From positions 1 through 47,955 of the forward strand of contig JAUVLW010000004.1 in the NCBI GenBank assembly GCA_030600555.1: a stretch of 47,955 nt of DNA. The letters run 5' to 3'. The DNA comes from Candidatus Aenigmatarchaeota archaeon (GTDB lineage: Archaea; Aenigmatarchaeota; Aenigmatarchaeia; QMZS01). Position 1 is the stretch's first letter. Each line of letters opens with the position of its first letter. The position numbers and the translations under genes are program-made. Below are positions 36,550 to 45,940 of the stretch, in pieces. The notes beneath the pieces are model-generated. The model was not told the DNA's origin, searched no databases, and saw nothing but the letters and a program-made list of their open reading frames with translations.

Positions 36550-37592
36550 TTTATAGAATCCCAAACCTTCCTAATAGCCCCGCAAACCTGTTGAATTTCT
36601 CCATTTTTCATGGATGGATAAATTGGTATTGAAATTGCTCTATTGTGGGCTTTTTCAGTGTTTAGAAACTCATCACTTTCCAAATCAAAATACTGGTGAA
36701 GTGGTTTGAAAACAGGTTTTGCGCAGTCTACCCCAAGTTTTCCCATTTCTTCAATATACTTGTCTGGATTATCCACTTCAATAACATACCTGAAGAATAT
36801 ACTATTTTCTGTGTTTGGAATAACCTGACCCACTTCTTCAAAAACCTCAGTATACACTCCAGCAATATTCTTTCTTTTATCAACAAAAGAATCCAATTTC
36901 TTCAACTGGCTCCTTCCCATAGCTGCCTGAAAATCAGTCAGGGAATAATTATGAGCAGTGTTATAATTTTCTCTTTGATTATATTTTGTTAAATCATTTA
37001 ATTTTTCAATAATTTCTTCTGAATCAGTTAAGACCATTCCACCCTGACCTGTGGTAAGAACCTTTGTGGCATAAAATGAATATATGGATAAATCTGTAAA
37101 ACTCCCAACCTTTTTTCCGTTGTATTCAGCTCCAACAGACTGGGCGCAATCTTCAATAACTGGAATTTCGAGTTTTGTAATTTTATTAAGGTCTGCGGGG
37201 ATTCCAAACAAGTGCGGAACTATCACGCATTTTGTATTCTCTGATTTTTTTTCTTCGATTGAATTATAATCAATATTATAACCATCGGGTTCGATATCCA
37301 CAAATATTGGGGTTGCCCCTGTGTAATCAACCGCATTTAGAACTGAAGAACAAACATAACTTGGCAATATTACTTCGTCCCCGGTCTTTGCATCAAGACC
37401 CATCAACGCAAGGTGCAAGGCATTGGTTCCTGAATTTACAGCAACGCCTCCCCGCACCCCAATATAATTGCTTAAATCATTTACGAAAAGATTTGTTTCT
37501 TCGCCGGAAGCAATATATTTGCTTCGTAAATTAGAAACAATCACTTCAAGATCAGTTTCATTAATTGATGGTCTTGAATGCGACACTCTCAT
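36546..37592 (-). CDS. DegT/DnrJ/EryC1/StrS PLP-dependent sugar aminotransferase
   Basis: NSGT.ALHLAL, GDEVILP, VIEDCAQS.GA, SFYATK.LTTG.GGM. Confidence 0.95.
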   Translation of the reverse strand: MRVSHSRPSINETDLEVIVSNLRSKYIASGEETNLFVNDLSNYIGVRGGVAVNSGTNALHLALMGLDAKTGDEVILPSYVCSSVLNAVDYTGATPIFVDIEPDGYNIDYNSIEEKKSENTKCVIVPHLFGIPADLNKITKLEIPVIEDCAQSVGAEYNGKKVGSFTDLSIYSFYATKVLTTGQGGMVLTDSEEIIEKLNDLTKYNQRENYNTAHNYSLTDFQAAMGRSQLKKLDSFVDKRKNIAGVYTEVFEEVGQVIPNTENSIFFRYVIEVDNPDKYIEEMGKLGVDCAKPVFKPLHQYFDLESDEFLNTEKAHNRAISIPIYPSMKNGEIQQVCGAIRKVWDSIK

Positions 37593-38092
37593 ATTAATTT
37601 TTTCTCATAAACATTTCTTAATTTATCATCTCTTCCCCTAACAACATTAAATTTTTCGTAACCCAAATTCATATAAAATTTATTTGCGGGTTCATTGTCA
37701 GGTAATGCTTTTAACTGAGAATATATTATATCCCGGTCGCGACATGCATCAAAATATTTATTCATCAATTGCTTTCCAACCCCATTTCCGCGATGAGGGG
37801 AATCTATAATTATTTTATTGACTCTGGATAAAACAGGATTGTATTTTGAACCAATAAGGTATCCAATTATTGAATCTTCTGTTTCAGCGGAAAAACTTAA
37901 TTCTTTTTTCATAGGCAACTCAAAAAAGAAATTTTCCAAAGTCCAGGGTTCTTCTCCAAGCTCAGTCCAGTTTGATTCTATTGCCAATAATTTATTGAAA
38001 TTGTCTGTTATATATTCCGGGGTTAAATTAACAATCTCAAATTCACTTTCAGGTTTATTTGTTGTTTCCAGATGATATCTATTACCACTCAT
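37589..38092 (-). CDS. GNAT family N-acetyltransferase
   Basis: HRGNGVGKQL (motif A), N.PA.KFY..LGY; start placed at ATG 38092. Confidence 0.88.
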   Translation of the reverse strand: MSGNRYHLETTNKPESEFEIVNLTPEYITDNFNKLLAIESNWTELGEEPWTLENFFFELPMKKELSFSAETEDSIIGYLIGSKYNPVLSRVNKIIIDSPHRGNGVGKQLMNKYFDACRDRDIIYSQLKALPDNEPANKFYMNLGYEKFNVVRGRDDKLRNVYEKKLI

Positions 38093-39884
38093 TTTTCCAC
38101 TTCCCGGTTTTGCCTGTAAGAATATCAAAACTCACTTTAGCCCCGGATCCAAGCCATAATGCAGATGACAAAGCTTTGTATGCTGTTATGTGATGATAAT
38201 GTTTTAGGGTATGGGCAAGCTCTTTAGGTATCTTTTTTGATTCTCCTGAAAGCGCTGGGAATACTGCGGGTGTTGCAAATGACAATAAAGTATCTCCAAT
38301 TAAGAAATATTTTGCAAGATCTGGATCAAAACAAGCTATTACCGGCAATGAAACTACTGTCCCTGCGTATAATAAAGACTCAACAACACCAGGAGCAACT
38401 GTGGAATAAGCCAAAGAATTACCTTTGGATCTTGGCGCAAATATTTTTTTATGATTCCATATATTTTGCCAGGTTCCTTTATTCCAACGATAAGTTTGTT
38501 TAAGTTGATCTTTTAAAGTTGGCACATCTTCAGCAGTTACTTCGGCTTCAGGAGCAAATCCCACTTTATACCCTTCTTCCTGCAATCTCCAGGTGTAAGC
38601 CGCATCTTCTGTTTGTGAATTGGTTGGCAGTTCGATCTCCTGCAATACATCAGATTTTACCATAAATGAAGCACCGCAAACTGTTGGCATTGCTCTCCTG
38701 TATTCCTGCGCAACTTTTCTAAACTTACTCAATCTATTTGTCCATTCTTTTCCATAATAAAAATATTCCGCCAGTTTGGTTTCTGGTTTAGTAACATAAC
38801 CATAAGATGTTACTGCCGCAATATTATCTTCAGTAAATCCTTCGACCATTTTTTCTATTGTATCCAGAAATAATTCCACATCTCCATCCATAAAATAAAC
38901 ATAATCCCCAAGATCAACTTCCGGATCCCTTACCAATTCATTAATTTTCTTGCCTTTTGAAATCACACCGCTTTTTGACCAGTAATGAACATCCGGAAAC
39001 TCTTCACTTAATTTATTTATTACGTCTCTCGCATGGTCCTGCGGCAAATCAGAATCTGAAATATAAATATTTTTTAGATTATAATTTTGACTGAGCACAT
39101 TTCTTATAGTTTTTTCAATGTTTAGTTCATGTTTATGGGTTGAGATTACAACAGTAACTTCGTTGCCTGATTTTTTGGTCTGATTAAGTTCATCCACAGA
39201 ATCATATAAATCATCTGAATCAGGGTATTCTTCTTTATCGGGTTTAATTTGCAGATAATTCTCTGCGACTTGTTTTTCTTTTTTATTCAAAAAAGAAGGC
39301 AGATATTTCATAACACTTTCTTTAAAATTTGTTTTTTCTGTTTCCTGCAAATATTCAATTATTTCTGTTTCCAAATTAGGATTTTCTGTTAGTTTTCCAA
39401 CTTTCTTTAAAACAGATTTTTTATAATTCTGGTCTTTCATGTTTTCAACAAAATTACTTACAATTTCTTTTCCTTCGTCTGTCTCAAAATTTTCATCCAA
39501 TTCATCCAGAATTCCCAGAGCTTTTTGCGAGGTCTTTATATCTTTGTAACATAATCCTGCGGTAATACCCATTAAACCCACCAGTCCTGCCTGCACATAA
39601 GGCATAAAAGAATTATCATATGTGTTCCCAAGAATTGTTTCCCCCAATTCATGCAAAGGTATTCCAACAGATTCATATAAAGCTCCGCTGTCGCCATATA
39701 ATCCCCCATTACCCGGATAAGTCGTAAACAAAGCTGCGCCTTCTCCAGATTCTACTTTAAGATAATTTTTTAATTTGTTGGAATATTCGTTTAATTTTTT
39801 CTTTGAGGTTTTTTCTCTTAATTTTTTATATCCTAAAGTTGCAACATCTATTGAGAATGTTAAAGGCACTGGAACTGCTACCAT
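38082..39884 (-). CDS. Processive GT2 (PgaC/cellulose-synthase-like) with an N-terminal extension
   Basis: SDSD, MDGD, QTED and QTYRW (D,D,D,QxxRW) motifs; C-terminal TM helices. Confidence 0.85.
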   Translation of the reverse strand: MVAVPVPLTFSIDVATLGYKKLREKTSKKKLNEYSNKLKNYLKVESGEGAALFTTYPGNGGLYGDSGALYESVGIPLHELGETILGNTYDNSFMPYVQAGLVGLMGITAGLCYKDIKTSQKALGILDELDENFETDEGKEIVSNFVENMKDQNYKKSVLKKVGKLTENPNLETEIIEYLQETEKTNFKESVMKYLPSFLNKKEKQVAENYLQIKPDKEEYPDSDDLYDSVDELNQTKKSGNEVTVVISTHKHELNIEKTIRNVLSQNYNLKNIYISDSDLPQDHARDVINKLSEEFPDVHYWSKSGVISKGKKINELVRDPEVDLGDYVYFMDGDVELFLDTIEKMVEGFTEDNIAAVTSYGYVTKPETKLAEYFYYGKEWTNRLSKFRKVAQEYRRAMPTVCGASFMVKSDVLQEIELPTNSQTEDAAYTWRLQEEGYKVGFAPEAEVTAEDVPTLKDQLKQTYRWNKGTWQNIWNHKKIFAPRSKGNSLAYSTVAPGVVESLLYAGTVVSLPVIACFDPDLAKYFLIGDTLLSFATPAVFPALSGESKKIPKELAHTLKHYHHITAYKALSSALWLGSGAKVSFDILTGKTGKWKNEW

Positions 39885-40621
39885 GATAATTCCTTCGTCA
39901 CTCCCGCAACTTCTCCTGAACGCGGAAGATAACCTATATTAAAAAGAGCATCTATAGAGCTCATATAAGGTTCAAAATTTTTAAATCGTTGTTTATATAT
40001 TGGATGTTCATATTCCTGAAACTCAAGTTTTAAATTATTGTTAAAATAAGAAGTATCCAGATAACCTTTTCCGCCCGCGCCTGATAAATAAATATCCGCG
40101 CCAACTTCTTTTGCGGCATTTGCCAGAGTCTCGCTTGCGTTGTTTCCATTTACTTCTTCACCAAAGTCACTGAATAAAATAATTTCTGTATCTAAACCAA
40201 AACATTCTGAAATATACTTAATAAGGTCCATATTGAAATCAACCAAACTGCTTTTTGGTTCCTGATAAATTTCTTTTAATTCCGGAGAAAATTTCTCGAA
40301 AAACGGGGTCTTTTTATAATTTGCATCTATTTGCCTAATATGATAATCCGCCCAAGGAACATTATTAATTCTGCCATCCTCTTTTATTTCAATTGTGTTT
40401 AACGGAGCCATTTTTTTTTCAACAGGTATTTTCAACCATTTTCCGCCCTCATTAACTCTTATTTTATTCCGGTCATGGAATTCTTTTTTAACATATTGGG
40501 CATCGTCTCTGATAATAAACATTCCAGGTTCTGTTCCAAGTTCATCAACAGCTCTCAGCTTATCAAAAAATCCAAGATAAGGCAAATAATTGGGTTGATG
40601 CGCCGCCATTATTTTAGTCAT
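39878..40621 (-). CDS. WbqC family protein
   Basis: AHQPNYLPYLGFFDK, DDAQY...RN.I, WL.IPV, YLSG.GG..Y, S.IDALFN.G. Confidence 0.92.
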   Translation of the reverse strand: MTKIMAAHQPNYLPYLGFFDKLRAVDELGTEPGMFIIRDDAQYVKKEFHDRNKIRVNEGGKWLKIPVEKKMAPLNTIEIKEDGRINNVPWADYHIRQIDANYKKTPFFEKFSPELKEIYQEPKSSLVDFNMDLIKYISECFGLDTEIILFSDFGEEVNGNNASETLANAAKEVGADIYLSGAGGKGYLDTSYFNNNLKLEFQEYEHPIYKQRFKNFEPYMSSIDALFNIGYLPRSGEVAGVTKELSW

Positions 40622-41282
40622 TGTGACCCACTAATTTATTTAAAATAATGTGATTTGCGCAGAAAGCTTCTGCATAATAACCTGGAGCCTGCAGATGCTG
40701 AGCATAAAATAAAGAATCAATCTCTACTTGTCTTATATCAAAAATACCATCCCGATTTTTCTGAGAATCATAAACTTCCAATAATTCTTTTTTTTTTAAA
40801 AAATCTTCTTCTGAACCCATATGAAACACATGTGGATGAAACTCATTAATTATAGTGGAAGGAGATTTATATCTTAAAATATTTGGCACTTTCCTGCATG
40901 CAATTGCTGAGGCCTCAGATACTTTTTTATGGTCCTGATGCCGGTCGCCTTCAAAATGAATATAAACTGTAGAAGGCTCTTCTTTATCAACAACTTCTTC
41001 AATATAATCTTTTATTGTCACTAAATCAGGAAATTTGGTATCATCAAAATGGAGCATATGCAATTTATCGATTCCTATTAGTTCTGCTGCGTATTTTGCT
41101 TCTTCTAATCTTACTTTTCTGTCACCGCCTTTCTCTCCATCAGATCCGATTATGCCTATAACTCTATTGCCATTCTCAGTATGATACATAAGTCTCATAC
41201 CAGCCCCAATTTCAAAATCATCGGGGTGGGCACCTATTGCCAGAATTGTTGAACAATCTGGATTATAATTATCTTTTACCAT
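40614..41282 (-). CDS. LmbE/PIG-L family de-N-acetylase
   Basis: GAHPDD.E.G, S.GE.GG...R..E, D.HQDH. Confidence 0.92.
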   Translation of the reverse strand: MVKDNYNPDCSTILAIGAHPDDFEIGAGMRLMYHTENGNRVIGIIGSDGEKGGDRKVRLEEAKYAAELIGIDKLHMLHFDDTKFPDLVTIKDYIEEVVDKEEPSTVYIHFEGDRHQDHKKVSEASAIACRKVPNILRYKSPSTIINEFHPHVFHMGSEEDFLKKKELLEVYDSQKNRDGIFDIRQVEIDSLFYAQHLQAPGYYAEAFCANHIILNKLVGHND

Positions 41283-41487
41283 CTTTTAATAAACAAATAA
41301 ATTATATATGCAGAATGAATTCTTTATAATATCTAAATCCATACTTTAATTAATTATTCTTTATAAAATTGAATAACTGTATTTAATTATTAATAAAATC
41401 AAAATTCTATTTATTTATAGGGTTAATATCCCTAAATTATAACCAAATATCTGAATTATTACCCTATTTTTAAATTTTTAATTATTA

Positions 41488-41973
41488 ATGGAGAAGAGAA
41501 GGATAATAAGACTAGCAAGAAAAGATTTAGACGCAACTCTATCAATTGAGAGAGCTTTATGGAAGATTAAAGGCGTTGGAAAGAATTTTAGTCACGCTTT
41601 AAGAGTTTCTCTTGGATTTGGCGCAGAAATGAAATTAAACGAGCTTTCAGAGGATGAAATCAAAAAACTCGAGGATGCGGTCTACAACCCGGACAAATAC
41701 AAAATACCTTCTTGGATGCACAATCACCAGAAAGACATGGAAACCGGTGAAGACAAACATTATATTGAATCAAACCTTATTTTGAAAAATAAGAATGAAA
41801 TTTCTTTTTTAAGGAAAATCAGGTGTTATATTGGAATCAGACATCAGTTTGGTCTTCCTGTAAGAGGTCAGAGAACTAAGAGCCACTTCAGGAAAGGAAA
41901 GACTGTTGGTGTAAGCAGGAAGAAATCAAATCCTGCTTCCAAAGGAGGAGCTGGTTCTAAAGGAGGTAAATAA
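41488..41973 (+). CDS. rps13: 30S ribosomal protein uS13
   Basis: IKGVG, IP.W..N...D.ETG, Y.GIRH..GLPVRGQRTKS.FR.G. Confidence 0.97.
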   Translation: MEKRRIIRLARKDLDATLSIERALWKIKGVGKNFSHALRVSLGFGAEMKLNELSEDEIKKLEDAVYNPDKYKIPSWMHNHQKDMETGEDKHYIESNLILKNKNEISFLRKIRCYIGIRHQFGLPVRGQRTKSHFRKGKTVGVSRKKSNPASKGGAGSKGGK

Positions 41974-41975
41974 TT

Positions 41976-42782
41976 ATGGGAGATCCAAAAAAATTAAGGC
42001 GGAAATGGAAAAGACCAAGGAAAACATTTAACACAGCTCGTATTGCCGCAGACAAAGAATTAAAGAGAGATCATGGTTTCAGGCGAAAAAAGGAAATCTG
42101 GAGACTTGATTATGCTTTTAAACACCTTATGAGAAGAGCAAGGAAGATTCTTGCCACAAAAGACAAAGAAGCTGAAGAAATATTGATGAATAAACTTATA
42201 AAAATGGGTTTGATTGAGAAAAAAGTTCATATTGATGAAATACTTAGCATGAGTTTTGAGGATTTATGCGAAAGAAGACTTCAGACAATCCTTTTCAAAA
42301 AAGATCTTGCAACTACTTTGAAACAAGCAAGACAATTCATAGCGCATAAAAAAGTGAGAGTTGGAGATAAAATGGTAAATCAGCCAAATTATATTGTGCT
42401 TAAGGACGAAGAAGATAAAATTAAATTAAAAGAGAAAATCAAGAAACCTGAAGTTGTTGAAAAACCCGCAGAAGAAACAACCGAAACTGTCTCTGAAGGA
42501 GAAAACACTGAAAAAGGAACAGAAACTCAGGAGGCTCCTGCAACAGAGAATCCTGTTGAAGAGAAAAAAAAGGGCGAAGAAGTGAAAGAGAAACCAAAAA
42601 CAGAAGAAGACAAAGAAGAAGAAGAAGTGAAAGAGGAACCAAAAATTGAAGAAGTAAAGGAAAACACGGAAAAGAAAGAGGAACCAAAAATTGAAGAAGT
42701 AAAGAAAGACACGGAAAAGAAAGAAGAAGTTAAAGAATCTGAGGAAAATCCAAAAGAAGGAGTTGAAGAAAAGAAAGAATAA
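41976..42782 (+). CDS. rps4: 30S ribosomal protein uS4 with a long acidic C-terminal tail
   Basis: MGDPKK.R..W..P, KKEIW, ERRLQT...K.LA.T.KQARQFI.H. Confidence 0.96.
   Translation: MGDPKKLRRKWKRPRKTFNTARIAADKELKRDHGFRRKKEIWRLDYAFKHLMRRARKILATKDKEAEEILMNKLIKMGLIEKKVHIDEILSMSFEDLCERRLQTILFKKDLATTLKQARQFIAHKKVRVGDKMVNQPNYIVLKDEEDKIKLKEKIKKPEVVEKPAEETTETVSEGENTEKGTETQEAPATENPVEEKKKGEEVKEKPKTEEDKEEEEVKEEPKIEEVKENTEKKEEPKIEEVKKDTEKKEEVKESEENPKEGVEEKKE
42629..42718 (+). repeat. 45-nt tandem repeat (two copies) in the uS4 tail
   Basis: gaaagaggaaccaaaaattgaagaagtaaag...cacggaaaa twice with 2 mismatches (KEEPKIEEVK..TEK). Confidence 0.9.
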
Positions 42783-42814
42783 ATCAGAAATTAAAAATAA
42801 TTCTTAAGAATATT

Positions 42815-43597
42815 TTAATCATTGCCAAATCCAAAATCCTGATTATAATTATTTATATTTGATACGAAACCCAACCTTTCATCAGAACACATTTTATTTA
42901 TTTTCGCTGGAGGATAAGGATATATTTCTAAAGCTAAGTCAAATATTCTCAATGAGTCTTTATACAAATCTTCAGCAATTAGTAAATTTTTATTTTCGCC
43001 AAATTTCGTCTTGGAATTTGCATCACCCAATATATTAGTGGCTTTATTATAAAGAATATTTGCAAGTATAGCTTTTTTTGGCAAGCTCTCCGGAATTTGG
43101 TTAAATTCTTCTAAATAGTCTTCATTGGGTCTTACCTCACCCATATCTATATTCTTATAGTCTCCTTTGAACTTTAATCTTACAATTGAATGACCTTTTA
43201 AATTTCCAAGATAACATCTTTCATATAATTCATAATCCAGCATTTCCGCCAAACCCATAAACAATCCGCTTGCACATACACAGTTTATTTTACCAAAATC
43301 CAGGAAATTAGTTAAATAAGTTCCTTTATATTTTTCTGAATAACTTACTAAATCACGAAAACTCAGTTTATCAACTGATTTAACTATAAATTCTCCAATA
43401 ATCTCCTCTACATCTCTTCCATTATTCATATCTCTTTTTAACCCGTCCGCAATTTCATAAAATTTATCCAGATAATATTTGGGTTCTTTCAATTCCCTGC
43501 CTTCAGTTTCCTGTTCACACATCCAGGAAGTATTTATTATTTGCTCAGCTAAAGAGAAATCTGAAGTCAAAGCTCCTTCTGGTAACTTGTTTACCAT
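42815..43597 (-). CDS. Transglutaminase-like (Cys-His-Asp) domain plus TPR protein
   Basis: GKINCVCAS, GHSIVRL, NID; C-terminal TPR-like helices. Confidence 0.65.
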   Translation of the reverse strand: MVNKLPEGALTSDFSLAEQIINTSWMCEQETEGRELKEPKYYLDKFYEIADGLKRDMNNGRDVEEIIGEFIVKSVDKLSFRDLVSYSEKYKGTYLTNFLDFGKINCVCASGLFMGLAEMLDYELYERCYLGNLKGHSIVRLKFKGDYKNIDMGEVRPNEDYLEEFNQIPESLPKKAILANILYNKATNILGDANSKTKFGENKNLLIAEDLYKDSLRIFDLALEIYPYPPAKINKMCSDERLGFVSNINNYNQDFGFGND

Positions 43598-43634
43598 TAA
43601 TTAGTAAGTTAAATATAAATAATTTACTTAATAT

Positions 43635-44237
43635 ATGGGTAAAAGAAGCAGTGGCAGGAAATATAAATGGAGACCGATTGAAAAAACAAAGGTCCATTAT
43701 ATACCAACTAAAAAAAATCAGAGAAACTCAGAAGAATATCGCAGTAAAGCATTTAATCATCTTAGATCAGGAGATTTCAGAAAAGCAATGTTATCCGTGC
43801 AAAAAGCAATAGAATTAGACCCTAATAATCCAGAAGGTTATTGGTGCAGGGGAAATATTTATATAAACTTAAATGCTTTGGAAAAAACAAAAGAAGATTA
43901 TCTAAGAATTATTAATGATTTGGAGGGGACTATAAACTCAGGGATTAAAATTCCTGATAAAATGAAAGAACTATTAGGAAAAGTCTACAACGATTTAGGG
44001 CTTGTTTATGCTAAACAAAAAAATCCAAAGCAAAAAATTTGTTTTAAGAACTCATTAAAATATTTCGACAGTTCTGAAGCCAATAACAATCTGGCTACTC
44101 TTTATGAAGAGGAAAATAATCCAGAAGAAGCATTAAAATATTATGAAAAAACCCTTGGTTTAGAATATTCATTCGATATTGAGCTTAGAATGGCCCAAAT
44201 TAAGATGGAATTGTACCCTGAGAAATATCAGAAATAA
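43635..44237 (+). CDS. Tetratricopeptide repeat protein
   Basis: KAIELDPNNPEGYWCRG, VYNDLG, ANNNLA...EEALKYYEK.L. Confidence 0.85.
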   Translation: MGKRSSGRKYKWRPIEKTKVHYIPTKKNQRNSEEYRSKAFNHLRSGDFRKAMLSVQKAIELDPNNPEGYWCRGNIYINLNALEKTKEDYLRIINDLEGTINSGIKIPDKMKELLGKVYNDLGLVYAKQKNPKQKICFKNSLKYFDSSEANNNLATLYEEENNPEEALKYYEKTLGLEYSFDIELRMAQIKMELYPEKYQK

Positions 44238-44276
44238 TTTTTATGAAACGCAAATAACTTTTATTTTTAGTTAATT

Positions 44277-44477
44277 ATGGTATTTACAAAAGATACAAAA
44301 CTTAGGGAAATTCTTGATAATGAAAAATCAAAAGGTGTTTTAACTGAACATGGAGTGCCTTGTGCTTCCTGCCCTTTTGCAAGAATGGAACTTGATATTC
44401 TGACTATCGGGGAAATCTGCGAGAGTTATGATATTGACTTAGAAAAATTGCTTGAGAATCTGAATAAAGTTAAATGA
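44277..44477 (+). CDS. DUF1858 / hybrid-cluster-associated redox domain protein
   Basis: TKDT.L.EIL...L..HG.PC..CP.A..E..T..E.C..Y.ID.E.LL..LN. Confidence 0.85.
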   Translation: MVFTKDTKLREILDNEKSKGVLTEHGVPCASCPFARMELDILTIGEICESYDIDLEKLLENLNKVK

Positions 44478-44491
44478 AATTAGTTTTACAT

Positions 44492-45120
44492 TTATTGGTG
44501 AAAATATTTCCAATTTTCTGAATCTTTAACTTCTTTGTTATCTGAATTTTTATCAGGCCTTCTCTTTATCATTTGAACACCATTATAATATTCTAACAGT
44601 TCAGAATGTTTATCATCATTTATTATTTTTACTGCGTTTATTTCTTCAGGAAATATTGCTCCTAAAATTAAAAATTCTTTTGACTGTCCGCATTTTCCAA
44701 CATCATAATAATCAACAATGCACCGATTAGTTTTGATTTTAAGTTGGTATATTGTTTTATTGTCTTTGCTGTATAATGAATTGGTTGGCGCAAATACCTG
44801 AGCCATTTGCGGATTAAATGTTGCGGATTTAAATGAACGATTATAAGGATTTAATGTGTATTTATCAAGCAATTTATAAATCAAGTCCTCAGACCCATTT
44901 TCAATTATTTCTTTATCTTCAGTTATTTTTTCCGGAATCTCGCATAGAATAGCATTGGATAAAAAACCAATATTTTCAAAACCGCTCGTGCCGCCTTGTA
45001 TAATTTGATAATCTCTTCCGGGTTTTCATCTGCATGATATTTTTCAGGAACTTTTGAATAATCAAAAGTAAATTCTTCCTTCTTGAAAGGAATTTCTATA
45101 TTGCTTAATCTGAATGACAT
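44492..45120 (-). pseudogene. Frameshifted ADP-ribosyltransferase-like gene (joins ORFs 44923-45120 and 44492-44884)
   Basis: A -1 shift near 44996 gives a continuous protein of about 209 aa: LY[K/R]G...FKSATFNPQMAQVFA...IYQLKI...KEFLILGAIFPEEI. Confidence 0.55.
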
Positions 45121-45220
45121 ATAATTACTTAATATTAATTAAAAGTTACTCCTTGTTTAGGGTTATAATCGCGGTAAATAATAAATTCAGAGTTAACTAA
45201 AAAAAATTAGAAAATATTTT

Positions 45221-45940
45221 ATGGTTCTTGAAATTAGAGATTTAAAAGTAAAATCAGGCGAAAAGGATATACTGAAGGGAATAAATTTAAAAATAAATCA
45301 GGGTGAAACCCATGCTCTTTTTGGTCCAAATGCTTCAGGAAAAAGCACACTTGTCCAGACCCTTGCAGGAAATCCCCGATATGAAGTTACTGGAGGTAAG
45401 ATTCTGTTTAATGGGGTTGATATCACTAAACTGCCAACTGAAGAGAGAATCAAGATGGGTCTTGCAATAACCTGGCAGAATCCCCCAACAATAAAAGGAG
45501 TAAAATTGTCCAAATTGCTTGATAAAATATCAAAAAGAGACCTAAAACCTGAAGAACTCGAAGTCAACTCCGGAATACTTAACAGAAATATTAACCAAAA
45601 TTTTTCCGGCGGAGAGAAGAAAATATCTGAGTTATTGCAGGTAATTTCTTTAAATCCAAAACTGGTAATCTTTGATGAAATTGATTCCGGGCTTGATATA
45701 AAAAAACTTGAGAAAGTGAGTAAAATTATAAAAAAAGAATTGATTGATAAAAATGTTTCAGTTCTTGTGATTACGCATAACGGGGAAATCCTGAATTTCC
45801 TGAAACCAAAAATAATAAATGTGTTGGTGGATGGAAAAATTATATGCGAGGAAACTGATTACGGGAAAGTTTTAAAAACTATAAAAGAATATGGATATGA
45901 AAAATGCAGAAAATGCGAATTACACGCAGAAAGACCATGA
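45221..45940 (+). CDS. sufC: Fe-S cluster assembly ABC ATPase SufC
   Basis: ILKGINL, GPNASGKST, NFSGGEKK.SE.LQ, FDEIDSGLD. Confidence 0.92.
   Translation: MVLEIRDLKVKSGEKDILKGINLKINQGETHALFGPNASGKSTLVQTLAGNPRYEVTGGKILFNGVDITKLPTEERIKMGLAITWQNPPTIKGVKLSKLLDKISKRDLKPEELEVNSGILNRNINQNFSGGEKKISELLQVISLNPKLVIFDEIDSGLDIKKLEKVSKIIKKELIDKNVSVLVITHNGEILNFLKPKIINVLVDGKIICEETDYGKVLKTIKEYGYEKCRKCELHAERP

Noticed and set aside
41283-41487. AT-rich 205-bp intergenic region as a replication origin or ncRNA
   Set aside because: No ORB-like repeats or adjacent orc1/cdc6; only a short TAGGG/CCCTA palindrome; adequately explained as a divergent promoter region.
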